From contig BCKQ01000015.1 in assembly GCA_001600695.1 (NCBI GenBank), positions 48,018 to 112,017 on the forward strand: DNA of 64,000 nt, read 5' to 3'. A program made the position numbers and the translations under genes. Within the stretch, counting starts at the first letter, position 1. Each line of letters starts with the position of its first letter. The stretch is from Ascoidea asiatica JCM 7603 (lineage: Eukaryota; Fungi; Ascomycota). The notes beneath the pieces were generated by a model. The model did no database searches, was not told the DNA's origin, and worked only from the letters and a program-made list of their open reading frames with translations. Positions 24,271 to 37,900 of this stretch are shown one piece after another.

Positions 24271-26730
24271 TGTGGATTTTGTTAATGGAGAATTGAAGCC
24301 TGGTGTTGAAGGGGTAGAATTAGAATTAGAATTAGAGTTTGAGTTAGAATTAGAATCTTTGGTTTTGAAAGCAAATCCAGTTATTGGTGAGTGCAAAACT
24401 GTATTGGAATTCAAATTATTAGCAATTAATAATCCACTAAAATTACTTGAACTCAGTTCTCTATCATGCCCATAGTTTGATGAAAAACTTTGAATTGATC
24501 TTCTTGAAGGAGATAATAACTCACTATTCACACTATTATTTTCACTACCTCCTCCCAAATACGATGGATAATTTATTAACAGTTCATTATTATTATTGTT
24601 ATTATTAAACGTAGCAGGAAATTCTTTCAAAGAATCAATTTTTAATAAAGTAATTTCTTTCTTTAAGTTTAGATTTTCTTTTATTTTTTTTTGTAGTAAA
24701 TTATCTGTATTTTCTTTATTCAATTGTAAATTTATTAGCTCTTTGGTGGTTTTATTCAAATTTTTTATAGAATTATTCAATTGATTTGATAGATTTGAGT
24801 TTAAGATTTTTATATCATTAATTGATTTATTATAAAATTCTCTTTCATTTTCATATTGTTTAACTAAATATTGTTGAGAAAATTTTAAGTCACTTAAACC
24901 TGTTTTAAAATTACTGATTTGACTGATTAATTCATTTTTTGTTAATTGATTTAAACTATTTATATCTATATTCATATTAATATGATTATTAGTAGTAATA
25001 ATATTATTGTTTAAATTGAAATTACTGAAATTTTGTAAAGTTGGAGACAATGTTATATTTTCTGATGTTATTGAAGAAGGGGATGAATTATTCGATTTTG
25101 AATCATTAGATAAAGATGATGATGACGAAGATGAAGATCTACTATTGTCTTTCAAACTATGACTATGATTATGGTTATGATTTTCATTATGATTATGATT
25201 GTGATGGTGATCCTGCTTATGATTATTATTAGAATTAGAAGTCGCATTGAAAATAATATTATTGAATAAGTAATCTAAAGAATTTTTAATCCATATTGTT
25301 TTAAGATTTACATCATTTATACTATCTAAATTATTTTGAGTATTTTGAGAAAAATTATTGAATAAAGGTAAAGTTATTTTTTTTTTAGTTGATAAATTAT
25401 TCAAATGACTGAAAATATCATCTAAAGATTTTGAGTTTAAATTATTCTTTATATTTTTTGATTTATTGATATCACTTTGAGTATTATTCATATTATTTGC
25501 TTGGTTATAATTTAAAGAATAATAAATATTATTTATGTAAGATAATTTTAGATAATTGAAATAATTATTTAATAAAACTATATTTTGATTATTTAAATTA
25601 TCATCGATATCATTAATTTTATTTAAAAGATCTAATAATAAATTCAAAAAATTAATTAATTCATTATTATCTTTTACTTTATTTTGATTTTCATCATTTT
25701 CATTGCTTCCATCATTTTCTTGAAAAGAATCACTATTATGATTTATATAATTTAATATTAAATTATGATAATATAATTTTGAGTTAAGTAAATTTTCTTT
25801 TAAAGTTGACAAGTTTTCTATATTTGATTTAATAGATTTAATCTCATTCAAAGATAATAATTCATTCAATTGACTTAAGTTTTTATTGTTATTAAAATAA
25901 GATTCTAAATTATAAAGAGAATTTTCAATGAGCACTTTGAATAAAAGGGAATTTTTGCTATCATTATCATCATTATTATTGATATTTTTATCTTTCATTT
26001 CATTAGAAGTTTTAATATTATTTAAATTGAAATTTTGCAATAAATCATTTGATAATTTTAAAGTTGTATTTTTATTATTAATGTTATTTTCATTTTCATT
26101 TTCATTTTCATTTTCATTTGAACTTGAGTTTGATTGAATTGAATTAAAAATTAATTGATTGAATAATAAATTATTTAAATAATAATCAAAAGAAGTATTC
26201 AAATTGTTTGATATTGGATTTTTGAAATCGTTATTGGAGTTGATTGAATAAAAATCATTTATGAATTTGTAGTTATTTTTTATATTTAAATTATTATCAA
26301 TTTTTAAGAAATTCAATAAATTGTTAAAGTTTGAATTATTAATTTCATTGGATAAATATAAATTTGAATTATTAGTTTGAATATTTGGATTAATTTTATC
26401 AAACTTGATATTATTTTCGTAATCTTTATTGTCTTTGGTTTTAGTTGAATTATTAGGTAAAAGATTTAATAAATTATTTGAAATAAAGGATTTGAAAGGA
26501 GAGTTATTTAATAAAAAAATTGAGTTTGAAAAAGTATCATTCGATAAGTTTACATCAATGACTTTATTTTTAATATTTAGATTATTTTTATTATGGATAT
26601 CAGAATTATTATTGTTACTATTATTATTAATATTGATATCAGTATCATCATCATTTTCTATATCAACAGATATATTATCTAAAGAATTATTATAATCACT
26701 TGAAGGGCTAATTGGAAAAGAAACTGTCAT
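23617..26730 (-). CDS. Asn-rich coiled-coil protein, probable Uds1 (up-regulated during septation) domain family
   Basis: 1037-aa ORF. LLFKVLIENSL...ELLSLNEIKSIK resembles the Uds1 domain start; LKTEFKKMVEEL...EIIERKRLE resembles the conserved C-terminal helix of that family. Recognised from memory, not searched. Confidence 0.6.
24193..24270. repeat. (ATT)26 microsatellite encoding poly-Asn
   Basis: Perfect trinucleotide run, in frame on the minus strand. Confidence 0.95.
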
Positions 26731-26810
26731 TTTTATTTTCTATTATAATTGAAGTCATAAATAAGTTGAAAGATGGAATATAATATAAGAGAATGTATAA
26801 CTATCAGAAA

Positions 26811-26880
26811 CTGAAGACTCTGAAGACTCTGAATAATTTGAAGATTTTTGGAAGATTTCCGAAGATTTTTAAAGATTTTT
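26811..26880. repeat. Degenerate 9-11 bp tandem repeat (GAAGAYTYT)
   Basis: GAA-initiated units at 26813, 26822, 26831, 26840, 26851, 26861 and a variant at 26871, just 5' of the minus-strand gene. Confidence 0.65.
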
Positions 26881-29044
26881 AAAAAGGATAGAATAATAAA
26901 TATAATTAAATGTGATCAAAAAAAGTAAAGATTTGGTTATACTTTAATATACAAATTAGATTGCTTGCTATATGAATTTGTATCTTCAATACAAATTGGA
27001 ACACCAATATCAATATAAGTATCTAAAGATTTATTGCTTCATAGAATATCCTAATTTTTCATTCAAATGATATATCTTTCGAAATCTTTAATTTAATAAG
27101 CAATTATCAGATAAATTAATATTTCCTTTATTTATCATATGGCGAACATGAACTTGAACATGAAAATGAAAAATAAAGTCTGAATAGTGCAGAGTAAAAT
27201 GATTGAGTTTCATTTGAAAAAAAAAAGATTACGTAAGCCGCACCCACAGGAAGCCACCGCAAAGAACGGAGAACTATCCGGTAAATAAACCATGGAAACC
27301 ACGGAAGCACACATATTCTCTATCAAGCACTTAGGTGTTTGTTAAAGCGGAACCCTGGCTCTACTCCTGATTGGGGAGTCATGGTTACGGTAAACAAATA
27401 CGGGATTTCTGGTATTGAAATCCGGATAACAGAATCTAGTTTAATTACCAGAATTCTAACTACAGATCAGAATCTTGGTAACGTCAACGACGCAAACTCA
27501 ATCTCCACGTAACAAAACCTAATCTCTGCTAAATGAAACGAACGTTTTCCGGAAATCGTTAAAATAAGGTCGGAAAAGTTTGTAGTAACCGATAATAATT
27601 ACCCAATATAGAAAGAGTGTGGTCCCATCTCTGTTTTTGTGGCGCTCACCGCCGTGAATCACAGGACTCAAGAATTCTGTTGTTTTTGTTGTTGTTGTTG
27701 TTGATTCTGTTGATTCTGTTGATGATGCTGCGACTTTACCAGCCTAGTTTCCCAGCGCAGTGGATAATTCATCAATATATAAGTACTGAGAGAATATTAA
27801 GCACTTTATCGATTGATGATTAATAATTAATATTATTGCAAAATTGATTGAATGCAACCACTTTTTCTAGAATTTCTTTGTTTATTTTCTTTTTCCTGAG
27901 TAGATTTTCCAACAGAGAAAGCAAAAATTCAATAAAACTTTGGCTTTTTGTTTAGAGATTTTTCATTTTTTGATTGAACATTAACAGTATGTGAATAAAA
28001 GAATATTCGGCAACATTATTAATATCAAATTATAAAAAGTAATTAATAAGACAAATATTAAATACATCTGCCTTGTTTTTCAGTTTTATGTTAAGAATAG
28101 CCTAAAATTCTGTTTGATTTGCTTCTATATTGAAGTTATGTGCTTTTACGGTTCTGCTATCACTGAAACAACTAGTTAATTGAATTACCACTGAAACCAG
28201 CGAAACCAGGTTTAAGCCATTGTTGTTCTACTATTTCAAGAAGAGTCTCGATCAAAGCTAATTGCTTATTGTTTATTTCATCACAAGTTCAGGAAATATC
28301 CTCACAATTAATTGGTGTCAATTTGATACCATACAGTAAGTACATTTCATAATATTTCAAGTTCATGAATATCCTGAATATTATCAATTTTAGAATTGTG
28401 AACCCTGTACCATTAAAGTAATTGAAATAATATAATTCAGCTTCAAAATTTTTACTAACTATTAATTTTACTATTATTATTGTCGATACAATCCTAAGTG
28501 TGCCAAGTAGACTAATTACCAATTTTATTTCTTTTTTGCTTCGTTTTTTTCTTCACACTCCCTTTTCAACCAAAAAATTCATGAAATTAATATAAAAATG
28601 ATATTAAAAATTAGTTTTTGTGTTGATTGCATTAACATTACGAATTTTAAATCCATCCTCTATCAGTTTTTGTAATATTTTTTTAATAGAAAACCAAACA
28701 AGGTTTTAATCCATTCAGCTCAATTAAACTCCAATGAACTCCATTCAATTCAATTCATTTTAGTTTAATTTAACTCAAGTCAACTTATTTTTATTTTATT
28801 GAATAGTTTTTTCTGAATTAAATATTCAAGATTGTTATATTCCTAGAATTTTTTTTTTTTTCTGTATCCTACTATTCTATAACTACAATATTTAATTCCA
28901 TTTTATACTAGTAAAATATTAAATATATAAAGTATATAAAGATATCAAAATATACAGAAACTTGGAATGATTAATTTAAAGATATATTAATAAAATCAAT
29001 CTTTAAAATACTGGAAAAGAAACTCAATTATTTAATAGATAATA

Positions 29045-29896
29045 ATGCTAAGCTACAATTACTCTTCAATAACATTTTCAATTTTTAAATTTTTTTTATC
29101 CCTTTTATTTTTTATAAAGCATGCTAAAAGCTCAGATAATATATGTTCGTATTATCATAATATTACTACATTATCATATTTAAAAAACAATATTCTAGGA
29201 AATGGCTGTATTTTATATCATGTAAATTTAACAGATCAATTAGTTAGTCCAATTGAACCTTTATATTATTCCTTACAGATTTTTAATACAAACAATTCAA
29301 ATTATATTGTAACTGAATCTTTATTTGTCGAGGAACCAATAGAAGATCAAGATGATTTAAATTCAGATTCAGATTCAGATTATTTTCAAACTTCTTTGAT
29401 TTCATATTTAAATATAAAAAGTAATCCATGTGATGTCTTATCAAATAATGATGGAATATTTTACTCAATTAATTCAACAACTTCTTCAAATTCTAAACAA
29501 TCATATTATGATGTATTTAGTGATCAGTCTTATGTTTTTGCAAATAATTGTTATAACTCAAGTAACTCAACTGAATTATTGAATTTAACTTCAGATGGTT
29601 ATAATTGTATTCAATTATGGGATTCAACCCAATTTCAATGTAATCTAAATGAATTAAGCTCTGAAAAATGTAAATATACCTATATCAATAACTTAAACCA
29701 ATCTGACTACACCAATTGTAAGTCAAATAATGACGATGATGATGATGATGATGAAACCACCACTGCCACCCCCTCCTCCTCACCTGCTTCGTCATCTTCA
29801 ACCTCCAATGCATCTAATTCACTATCCTTAATTATAACATCTTCTTTTGGAATTGGTTTATTCTCCATATCATGCCTAATCTTTTTCATATTTTAA
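29045..29896 (+). CDS. Putative GPI-anchored Cys-containing cell-surface protein
   Basis: Hydrophobic N-terminal signal, ~195-aa domain with 8 Cys and many NxS/T sites, short D/T/S linker, small-residue omega region (SNASNS) and hydrophobic C-terminus; TATATAA upstream. Confidence 0.8.
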   Translation: MLSYNYSSITFSIFKFFLSLLFFIKHAKSSDNICSYYHNITTLSYLKNNILGNGCILYHVNLTDQLVSPIEPLYYSLQIFNTNNSNYIVTESLFVEEPIEDQDDLNSDSDSDYFQTSLISYLNIKSNPCDVLSNNDGIFYSINSTTSSNSKQSYYDVFSDQSYVFANNCYNSSNSTELLNLTSDGYNCIQLWDSTQFQCNLNELSSEKCKYTYINNLNQSDYTNCKSNNDDDDDDDETTTATPSSSPASSSSTSNASNSLSLIITSSFGIGLFSISCLIFFIF

Positions 29897-30149
29897 ACTG
29901 CATCTTTTAAATTCTTTTTTTGAAAAAAACATTAAAAAAACAATCAATTAGCTTTCTTTCTTCGTTATATATTATATTATATTCAATTATCAATACATTT
30001 TTCTCATTTTTAATAAAACTGTTTTCTCAAAAGTACCAACTATATCAAAAGATCGGACCTGAGGTTCAAGAAAGCAAAGCTTAAACTATCGATAGCTTTT
30101 CTTTTTTTGGGTTGGGTTTTACCAAAAAAGCCCGTTTTCAACAAACAAA

Positions 30150-30220
30150 GCGTAAGTGGTTTAGTGATAAAATTCAATGTTGCCATCGTTGGGCCCCCGG
30201 TTCAATTCCGGGCTTACGCA
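30150..30220 (+). tRNA. tRNA-Gly(GCC), variant D-loop
   Basis: Acceptor GCGTAAG/CTTACGC, anticodon GCC 30182-30184, T-arm CCCGG-TTCAATT-CCGGG. The invariant G18G19 reads GA. Confidence 0.85.
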
Positions 30221-30555
30221 TTTCTTTATTGTTTTAAAGATTTTTTAAAGTTCATTTTTTCTTATTTCAATTATTTTTGTTTTTATTACTGTTTTATTTT
30301 TACTTTGAACATTAATAGCTCAATAAAATAAGATTATATTTTTGTTTTCATTATTAGTATAAATAGTTTATTTATCTTTTATATTATGTTTCAGGCTAGT
30401 GAACTGAAATTAAAATTAAAATTAAAATGATCTAACGAAATCTGTATAATTAAAGAAAATATACCCTTCATAAAGCCTTTCTCAATATATATATATTAAT
30501 ATTATAATGATATCTCTTTGGAAGGATTAAAGTAAGTTCTTTTAGCATCTCTTAA

Positions 30556-31086
30556 TTATAAAAATCCAAGAAAGAAAGAAAATCCTAAAATGCAACCCAT
30601 CATTTCCATAGATAATACCGAAATTGAATTAGTAGGCTTTGTAAAAAATGGTTTTATGATATAACTCCCAGAATTTGTAGCCGACGATGCATCACTTGTT
30701 ATACTAGACTCACTTTGACTTCCATTTTCGGAATATGTAGTTTCATCTTCAGAAGCAGAATTTGTAGCAGCAGAATCACTTTCAGTGTCTGTTTCATAAC
30801 TAGCACTGCTATTTTCCGAAGATTCAAAAGAGGATGCTTTTGATGAGCTTTTACTGTTAGAATTAACAATTGTAAAAATAGAACTATATGAACTAGGAGT
30901 CCACCAAACTACTGAAGAAGTGCTAGGTGCTGTCCACCAGGTAGTGGTTGGAGTAATACTCTTCGAGACTCCTTCTGAAATTTCTGTTGCACTAGCTTTA
31001 ATTACATTAACAGAAGATTCCCCTTGAGTTTGGCTGATAAGTCCACAAAAAGCAAACATGAAAATGGATAATTGAGTAAATTGCAT
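30556..31086 (-). CDS. Small Ser/Thr-rich putative GPI-anchored cell-wall protein
   Basis: Signal peptide MQFTQLSIFMFAFCGLI, S/T/E-rich body, NSG omega-like site, hydrophobic C-terminus. Confidence 0.8.
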   Translation of the reverse strand: MQFTQLSIFMFAFCGLISQTQGESSVNVIKASATEISEGVSKSITPTTTWWTAPSTSSVVWWTPSSYSSIFTIVNSNSKSSSKASSFESSENSSASYETDTESDSAATNSASEDETTYSENGSQSESSITSDASSATNSGSYIIKPFFTKPTNSISVLSMEMMGCILGFSFFLGFL

Positions 31087-31966
31087 TTGGAATTATTTTA
31101 TTGATAGATAAAATTGTCTGAAAGAAAACCTTTTAATTAATTTTGAATTTAATATTGAAATGACTTTAAATCTCACTATTATTTAAATACTATTAGAAAA
31201 TGAATTGAATTGATTGACTTTTAAATTGTAATTGTTTTTTTTTTATTCCCTTTTTGAAAATGAAACTAGTGAAATCTTGAAAGTCAAAATCAGTAAATTA
31301 CCATTATATTTATATCATATTTATGAAGTTATTTCACTCGATTATTTATTTTGTTTTATTTTAAAATAAAAATCACATTTAAAAATCTTCATATTTCTTT
31401 ATATGTTTATTTACTGAAACACAACATTTACTTGGCTTAAAATCAGTTATAGAACATGCGCTTTTATTTATAATTACTTTATTTCAATTGAATTTTGCTT
31501 TATATGGGCTTAATTATCTACTAAAGCTAAGAGTATTTTGATTCATATAACATAGCCTACAGATTGTACTGCATCAATAAATCTTAGTGAAATAGTTTTG
31601 ATTACTGAAGCTTATTGAAAAAGGGTAATTCATGGTTCGGTAGTACATTTTCAAGCTTATGTCTCGGGCACTTAATTAATTTGATCAGCTTAAGCTTTAT
31701 CTATAAATATTGACTAATTCTTGAAAATGAACTAGAACATTTAATCAGAGCTTATTTGATGAAATTATTTTATGAATAATCATCAATGAAGTAATATCAA
31801 GTTTATAATTTTGGGAATATATCCTATATTTAAGTCCCATATATTTTTTAAGCTTAATAAGTACAACTCAATTCAAACTTGCTAATTTGAGAGTCTAACA
31901 ATAAATACCAATCATCATTAATACAGTATATTATTTATACAATTATAGAATTCAAAACAAAAATAT

Positions 31967-34900
31967 TTAAATTTTGCCTAAAATTTTTGCATATTCAATT
32001 TCTACTTGCTCAACAATTTTATTTAAAGATATCATTACAAATTGATGTGCCAATCCAGGAAACTTTTGCCTATTGAGACCAAACCACTCCAAAGGAGGTG
32101 TAGCATCACCTAATTCTTTGATTTGAGGGGCTTCAATATGTGCAGGATGAATAGGAATATATATATACTTAGAATTCAATTTAACATCTTTGATTTTTGG
32201 ATGAATTTCCGGATTGTTGGTAAAATCATCCCTATTATCTTTTAAAAACTTATCATTAACATCATTCTTATTGTTATTACTATAACCATTTTCTTCAATG
32301 ACTTCGTTATTATTAGAACTAGTTTTATTAGACACCTTTTTTTCATTTTCTTCTACAAAAGATTTGGATGTTCGAGCTATCCAAGCTCTTTCATGAGCCA
32401 TCCACATTTCCCTTATAAAATTAATATATCGTAAATTCCATCGAATGTCCACCTTTCCACCAAATGACGAATCAAAATAGTAATATACTCGATTACTTAA
32501 AAGCGTATTATCGAAAGTTGACATTGAAACATTCAAAGAAGGAAAGATAAATATTCCACCTCCGATAGCCTTTAATGAATTCTCAATAAATTGGTCAACT
32601 GACACTTGATTGAATTCTTCTTCTGAAATTTGCTCTTTAAATGTCGATAATTTAACGTGAAAATCTCTCAATATTAGACTTAAATTACTTTGCATGATAG
32701 ATGTATAGGAAGAAAGAGCTGTAGAATCGATCTCATCTAGCTCATATAAAACATGTTCTATGTCTTCTTTTTTCTTTTCGTCTCTAGAATATTTTGCGGA
32801 TATTTCGCCTGGATTGAATATTAAAACTTGGGAATCCGTTAATGAACTAGGATATATTTGAATTACAACCTTATGGAGGGTCACATCCAACTCTGTTTTT
32901 AACCTATTCATGACTCTACTTATTTGATCTCTAAAATGATTCATTTTGGACAATTCACTAGGTGCGTTGAAACTTTTATCACTCAAAATATCATTATAGG
33001 AAGTTTTTTTATCTTCAGAAATACGCGAAAAAGTGGAATAGATATCAAAAAAATTTGATGCAGATAAGGATGTTAAATAAATGTTAATCGAAAAACAATT
33101 ACTCATTGCCACAAGCCTATCATGGAAAAATCCATCTACATCCTTTTGATTAAATAAATTAACAGCAAAATCATCAATACTTGCAATAAAAAAGCAGTGA
33201 TAATCAAAACTGGTTTTAATTTGAAGTTTTTTCAAACTTATTGAAACTAGCATCAAAGGAATCTTTGAAGATTCCGTCCAAGAAATAACAGAGTTTAATC
33301 TTAAATTCTTTAGTAAAACATTACCTTCTAGTCTACCTTCGCATATAAGATCAATATTATCTAGCCCAAATGTCATATTCTGCCCCCATTTTTTGGCCTT
33401 TTTACTTGTTAACCAAAGTCTATCTAAAGAGAGGGTTGCTATTCCCAAAGATTGTCCAATATCCAAAACTAACTTTGTATTTTGTAAAATTAAAGTAAAT
33501 GACCAAGGAACTGCCTTTGTAGAAGAAGCCTCTTGCAATTTTGTAGCCAAAGCTTCTATAACCGTTGTTTCTTCTTCGTCTTCTCTCAGACCAAATGAAC
33601 CCACTGTACTGTCATTATCGGAGTAAAATTCACTTGGAAACCAAATATCTCGAAACATATCAATATCTTGAAATTGTTTCAAATTAACATAGGAAGATAC
33701 ATCATTAATCAAAAAAGAAGCAGCCATTTTCATGCTTTCCTCCCCTGATAAAATGAAATTTATCAAAATTTCATTTACTTCAACAGAACCACTAGTTTCT
33801 CTTGAATATATATGTTGTAATGATGTAGATATTCCAGCAAGTAAGAGGGAAATTGTTACCATATCAGTTGTTTTACCTTTGCATATATTATTTGCCTTTA
33901 CAATGATATTTTTTGATGCCACAATGGCTTTCACTTTTGCAGTAGGCTCACAACTTAGACTAAATTTTTGAGGTTGTATATAAAAAGCAGCTTGAAAATT
34001 GAAATCTCTGAATATTCTAATTAGATTTATCGAAGGGCTTTTGGATTCATCTGTCGATTCAGGAATATGTTTTTGCTCAACTCCATCACTAACAGGCTCA
34101 AGATCTTTCATCATCTCCTTGAACCCAAGCCACATATCCAGAAGAATCGGAACACATTTAGCATCTAATTTGTTATCAGAAGGAAAAATTGTAGTTTCAA
34201 AAATCAAACTTTGAATAATATTTGCAGCTTTACTTTGGTAAAAAATTTCAAATTGAACTTTGGGAGAATGCAAGACAAATGAAGAATTATTATTAACTTT
34301 CGTTAGACCCTGAACACTTTTGACAATTTCAACTTGAGCTCCGTCAAATGACATTCTACAATCTATAGAGCCAAATCCCAACGAATATAAATCAAATCCA
34401 GATTCTTGAACCGATTTTTTTGAATCCGAAGAGCGCTGTGGGATTCTTTTGGATTTTATATTCTGGGTCAACACTATAGATCCAAGTAAAGCCTGTATGA
34501 TTAAAGAGACAGAATATGAATAGCATTTAATATCTAATTCTTCACCTTTCACTTCCATTTCAATATCTCTAATTCTACCTTTTCCTTTCTTTACTAAGTA
34601 AGATATCTGAATTGTCGGCAACAAAGAGCAATTCATAGGTAACGAATCATTAATATGATGATAATAATTTTCGGAAGAGGATCCAAAAGCTTCAGCTAAA
34701 TATCCATTCTTTATTGTTAGTCGTCCAACGTTTCTTTCCAAAACAGTAAAAACTTCACTACATCCAGCTATCAAGCCTTTTACTGAATTTTCACCAGACC
34801 CTGACTTGTCAAACGCCCATCCCAAACAGACTTGATTTATCAAAATATGAATGGAATGAAACCCAAAAAGAGTTGCAATAGAATTTCCCAAATCAAATTC

Positions 34901-37900
34901 CTGGGAAGAAGGAGTAGATGGGCTTGGACTTTTAAACTTTTCGGAAGAATAGTTTTCAAAAATATAACTTAAAGTATCAGAAATCTCTAAAATTGTAACT
35001 AAAATAAAGGGATTTAGACATACCCGAAAAAAATGAGACATCATTTCCAAATGACGGTTATCGAAAGACTTGGTGTCCAAATTTTTAACTTGAATAGCAA
35101 GGTTAAAAGACAAAAGTTTGGACATATCAATAGGAATTATAGGATCAAATATAAAAATATCCACAACTGAGATATATACATCTCCATATGAGTTAATATT
35201 GGAATTAGAATCATGAACTGGTAAAAAATTTAAGCAGTGTGAATGCACTTTTGATATTTGCATTTTAGCTTTAGTCTCGTTAATATTTGTAACAAATTCA
35301 ATACTTTCAAAGCTTAAATCAGCCTTGTATTTAAGTTTTTCAAGAATCACAGAAACTTCTTTTGAATTGTTATTTGGGTTTGTATCGGATAAACCATTTT
35401 CTAATTTACCAATCAGTGAAATGAGTTTTTTTATCATTTTAAAATTTCCTTGAATAAGCCCTATATTTGAAATCAAAATTTCAATGAAACGGAAAAGCTC
35501 ACTAATGTTAATATTGACAGTACCACATTTGATATTAATAGTACTAATACTATTCTCAAATTCAGTGATCTTCGAAAATTTACTTTTGGAAATAACCGAA
35601 AAAAAATCATGCGATATCTCAACCATTGAAAAGTTATTTGAAATATCATTTGTATCGTTATGGTAAATTTTTTGAGTATTCTGGCCAACAAAAATGTCAA
35701 TAACCAAAATCGTATTAACAAAATAAAGCATAGATGAAACATCAAGAATGCATCCCGTAAACCTCAATGGACTAACTAGCTTTATGTCCCATAAAATCTG
35801 CTCTATAGATATTTTGATAATCCATTTAGAATTTATCAAAAGGTCAAAGTAACATTGGAAAGATGTCTCTTCATGTTCTCTAGGCTGATGCTTTTCGGAT
35901 TTGCTTTGCCTATATTTTTTGATAAAAGAGCTTATAACTTCAGCTTCGTTATTTTGAATTGTTTGAATGAAGTCAACATAAAAATCAGTTCCCTTATTGA
36001 ATATAAAATCTGACTTTTTCAAATCCAATTGTACTACTTTTAGTCCAGTTGAAATTGAATCTGAAAGAACAACCTTAGAGGAAAGTCCTTCTAGTCTATA
36101 ACTTCCAGCAAATTCATTTTTGAGCAAAGCCTTTATACACATAGATGCCACATCTAAGTTTAAATTAGAAGAACAAATACTCTGAATTGAATGTGCTAAA
36201 ACAAGTCCTGCAAATGAAAAATCTAGCAATTTCAAACTGTATGAGGTTTCATCAATCATTATATTCAATTCTATACTTTCGAGAAACATAACAAAATGAT
36301 AAACAAAACTGTTTTTATACAAATTTGATTCCTTTAATGTTAAACTAGAATTAAAATTAGTGGACTTTGACGATGAAGAATCATATGAGCTATTATGGCC
36401 ATTCAAAAGAGTTAGAAAACATAACGCAAGAGGGGTAATCTTGGATGATAATGAAAATATATTCAACGTTATCTTGAAATCGTTGATTAGACTTGGAAAA
36501 AGGGTATTTTTTTTTTGCAAACCTTCATATTCAGCTTTCTCATTGAAAATTTCACAATTCAAACAATTAATTGCCAAAAAGTTTTCTTCCACTGGAGAAA
36601 TAAGACGATATAAAATACTTGAAATGACAACTTCAAATTTTTTATGCTTTTTAGTAGCCGTTGAGATACCATTATAAACAGATTTTATTATATGACTGTC
36701 AGCAATCTGAAAATCTTCCCAACTTCTCCAATGAGAAAAGACGTCAAGAACATAACTTAATGAATTTGCAGGTGCTTCCCATTTACAAGATTTAAGACAT
36801 TCACTTGTTTCTTCAAACCAACTTTGAGGCAAATTCATAAGAACATGTCTCAATCTTGTAACAAACCTCCAACTATCATTATTTCGAATGTGAGTCTTGG
36901 ACAAACGGGTGATAAACATTGGTTTGGTTAACACAGCAGGGTCATGGTGTACTTCATGTTCAGTACTTCCCTTTGATATTTTATATAGCAATTCAATATC
37001 AGATTTACGGTGGTTGTTCATTACTCTACTAAAGCTTTCAGTGATCAAGAATAAGCTTCGGCTTAAATCTTCAAAGTATTGAGCTATCCATGGTAATAAT
37101 TCTGAATCCGTCATAAGATTGAAATCGTCGACATGTAAAGAGCCCACATCATCTTTTTCTCCAAGATCTGAATACCAAGCCTCAACCCCGATGAAGGATA
37201 GGCCAGCTACTGTTTCTGGATTATGTGATTCAGTTCTTATCAAACTTGTCCATACTCCCTTTGCTTGAGTAGCTAAAGAAATATTTTTAGTCTTGTTTAT
37301 TTCGTTTATGTCGGCTATTGATCTGTCAAAGTTGGTTACTATTTCAATAGCAGATGAAACATTTACAATTTTCATCTCAATATAAGGGAAATCAATCAAT
37401 GAAGAAAGGTTTTCATCTCCAAAAATAGCATCCAAGGAAAAATCTTCAAAATCACCAAACCTAATATTAGAGGATCTGATTAATACCCTCAAAAACATTT
37501 TGTTTGAATTACAATTCAAGAATTCTTCTAGATCCGAGATTGCATTAATTTGAAGTTTATCCATAATAGAATTTACCGAAAAATCTAGAAAACATTCCAA
37601 AATACTTGAAAGCAGCAATACAGCCTTAGAAGAAAAAAAGAAATCTAAAGTTGTTAATTCTAGAACCAATGAGTCTGACTCATACTTGGTGTTACCTTTG
37701 GCAATCTGAGGGGAAAGTATTGATTCCACTTGGGAAGGATCCACACTCATTTCAGCCTCCAGAAAACTATCCTTACTAGAGTTTACCTCATCTAGGGCTA
37801 GACTACTATCAGGGAGATAGCTAAAGGGATTTTTCTGCCTTGGATGATTATCAACAGACGATTTAGTAGTCTCGGATGCATCACTTACAGTATTATTTCG

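Noticed and set aside
26811-26880. Step-type heat-shock element
   Set aside because: GAA spacing is 9, 9, 9, 11, 10 rather than a steady 10, and it probably lies in the 5' UTR.
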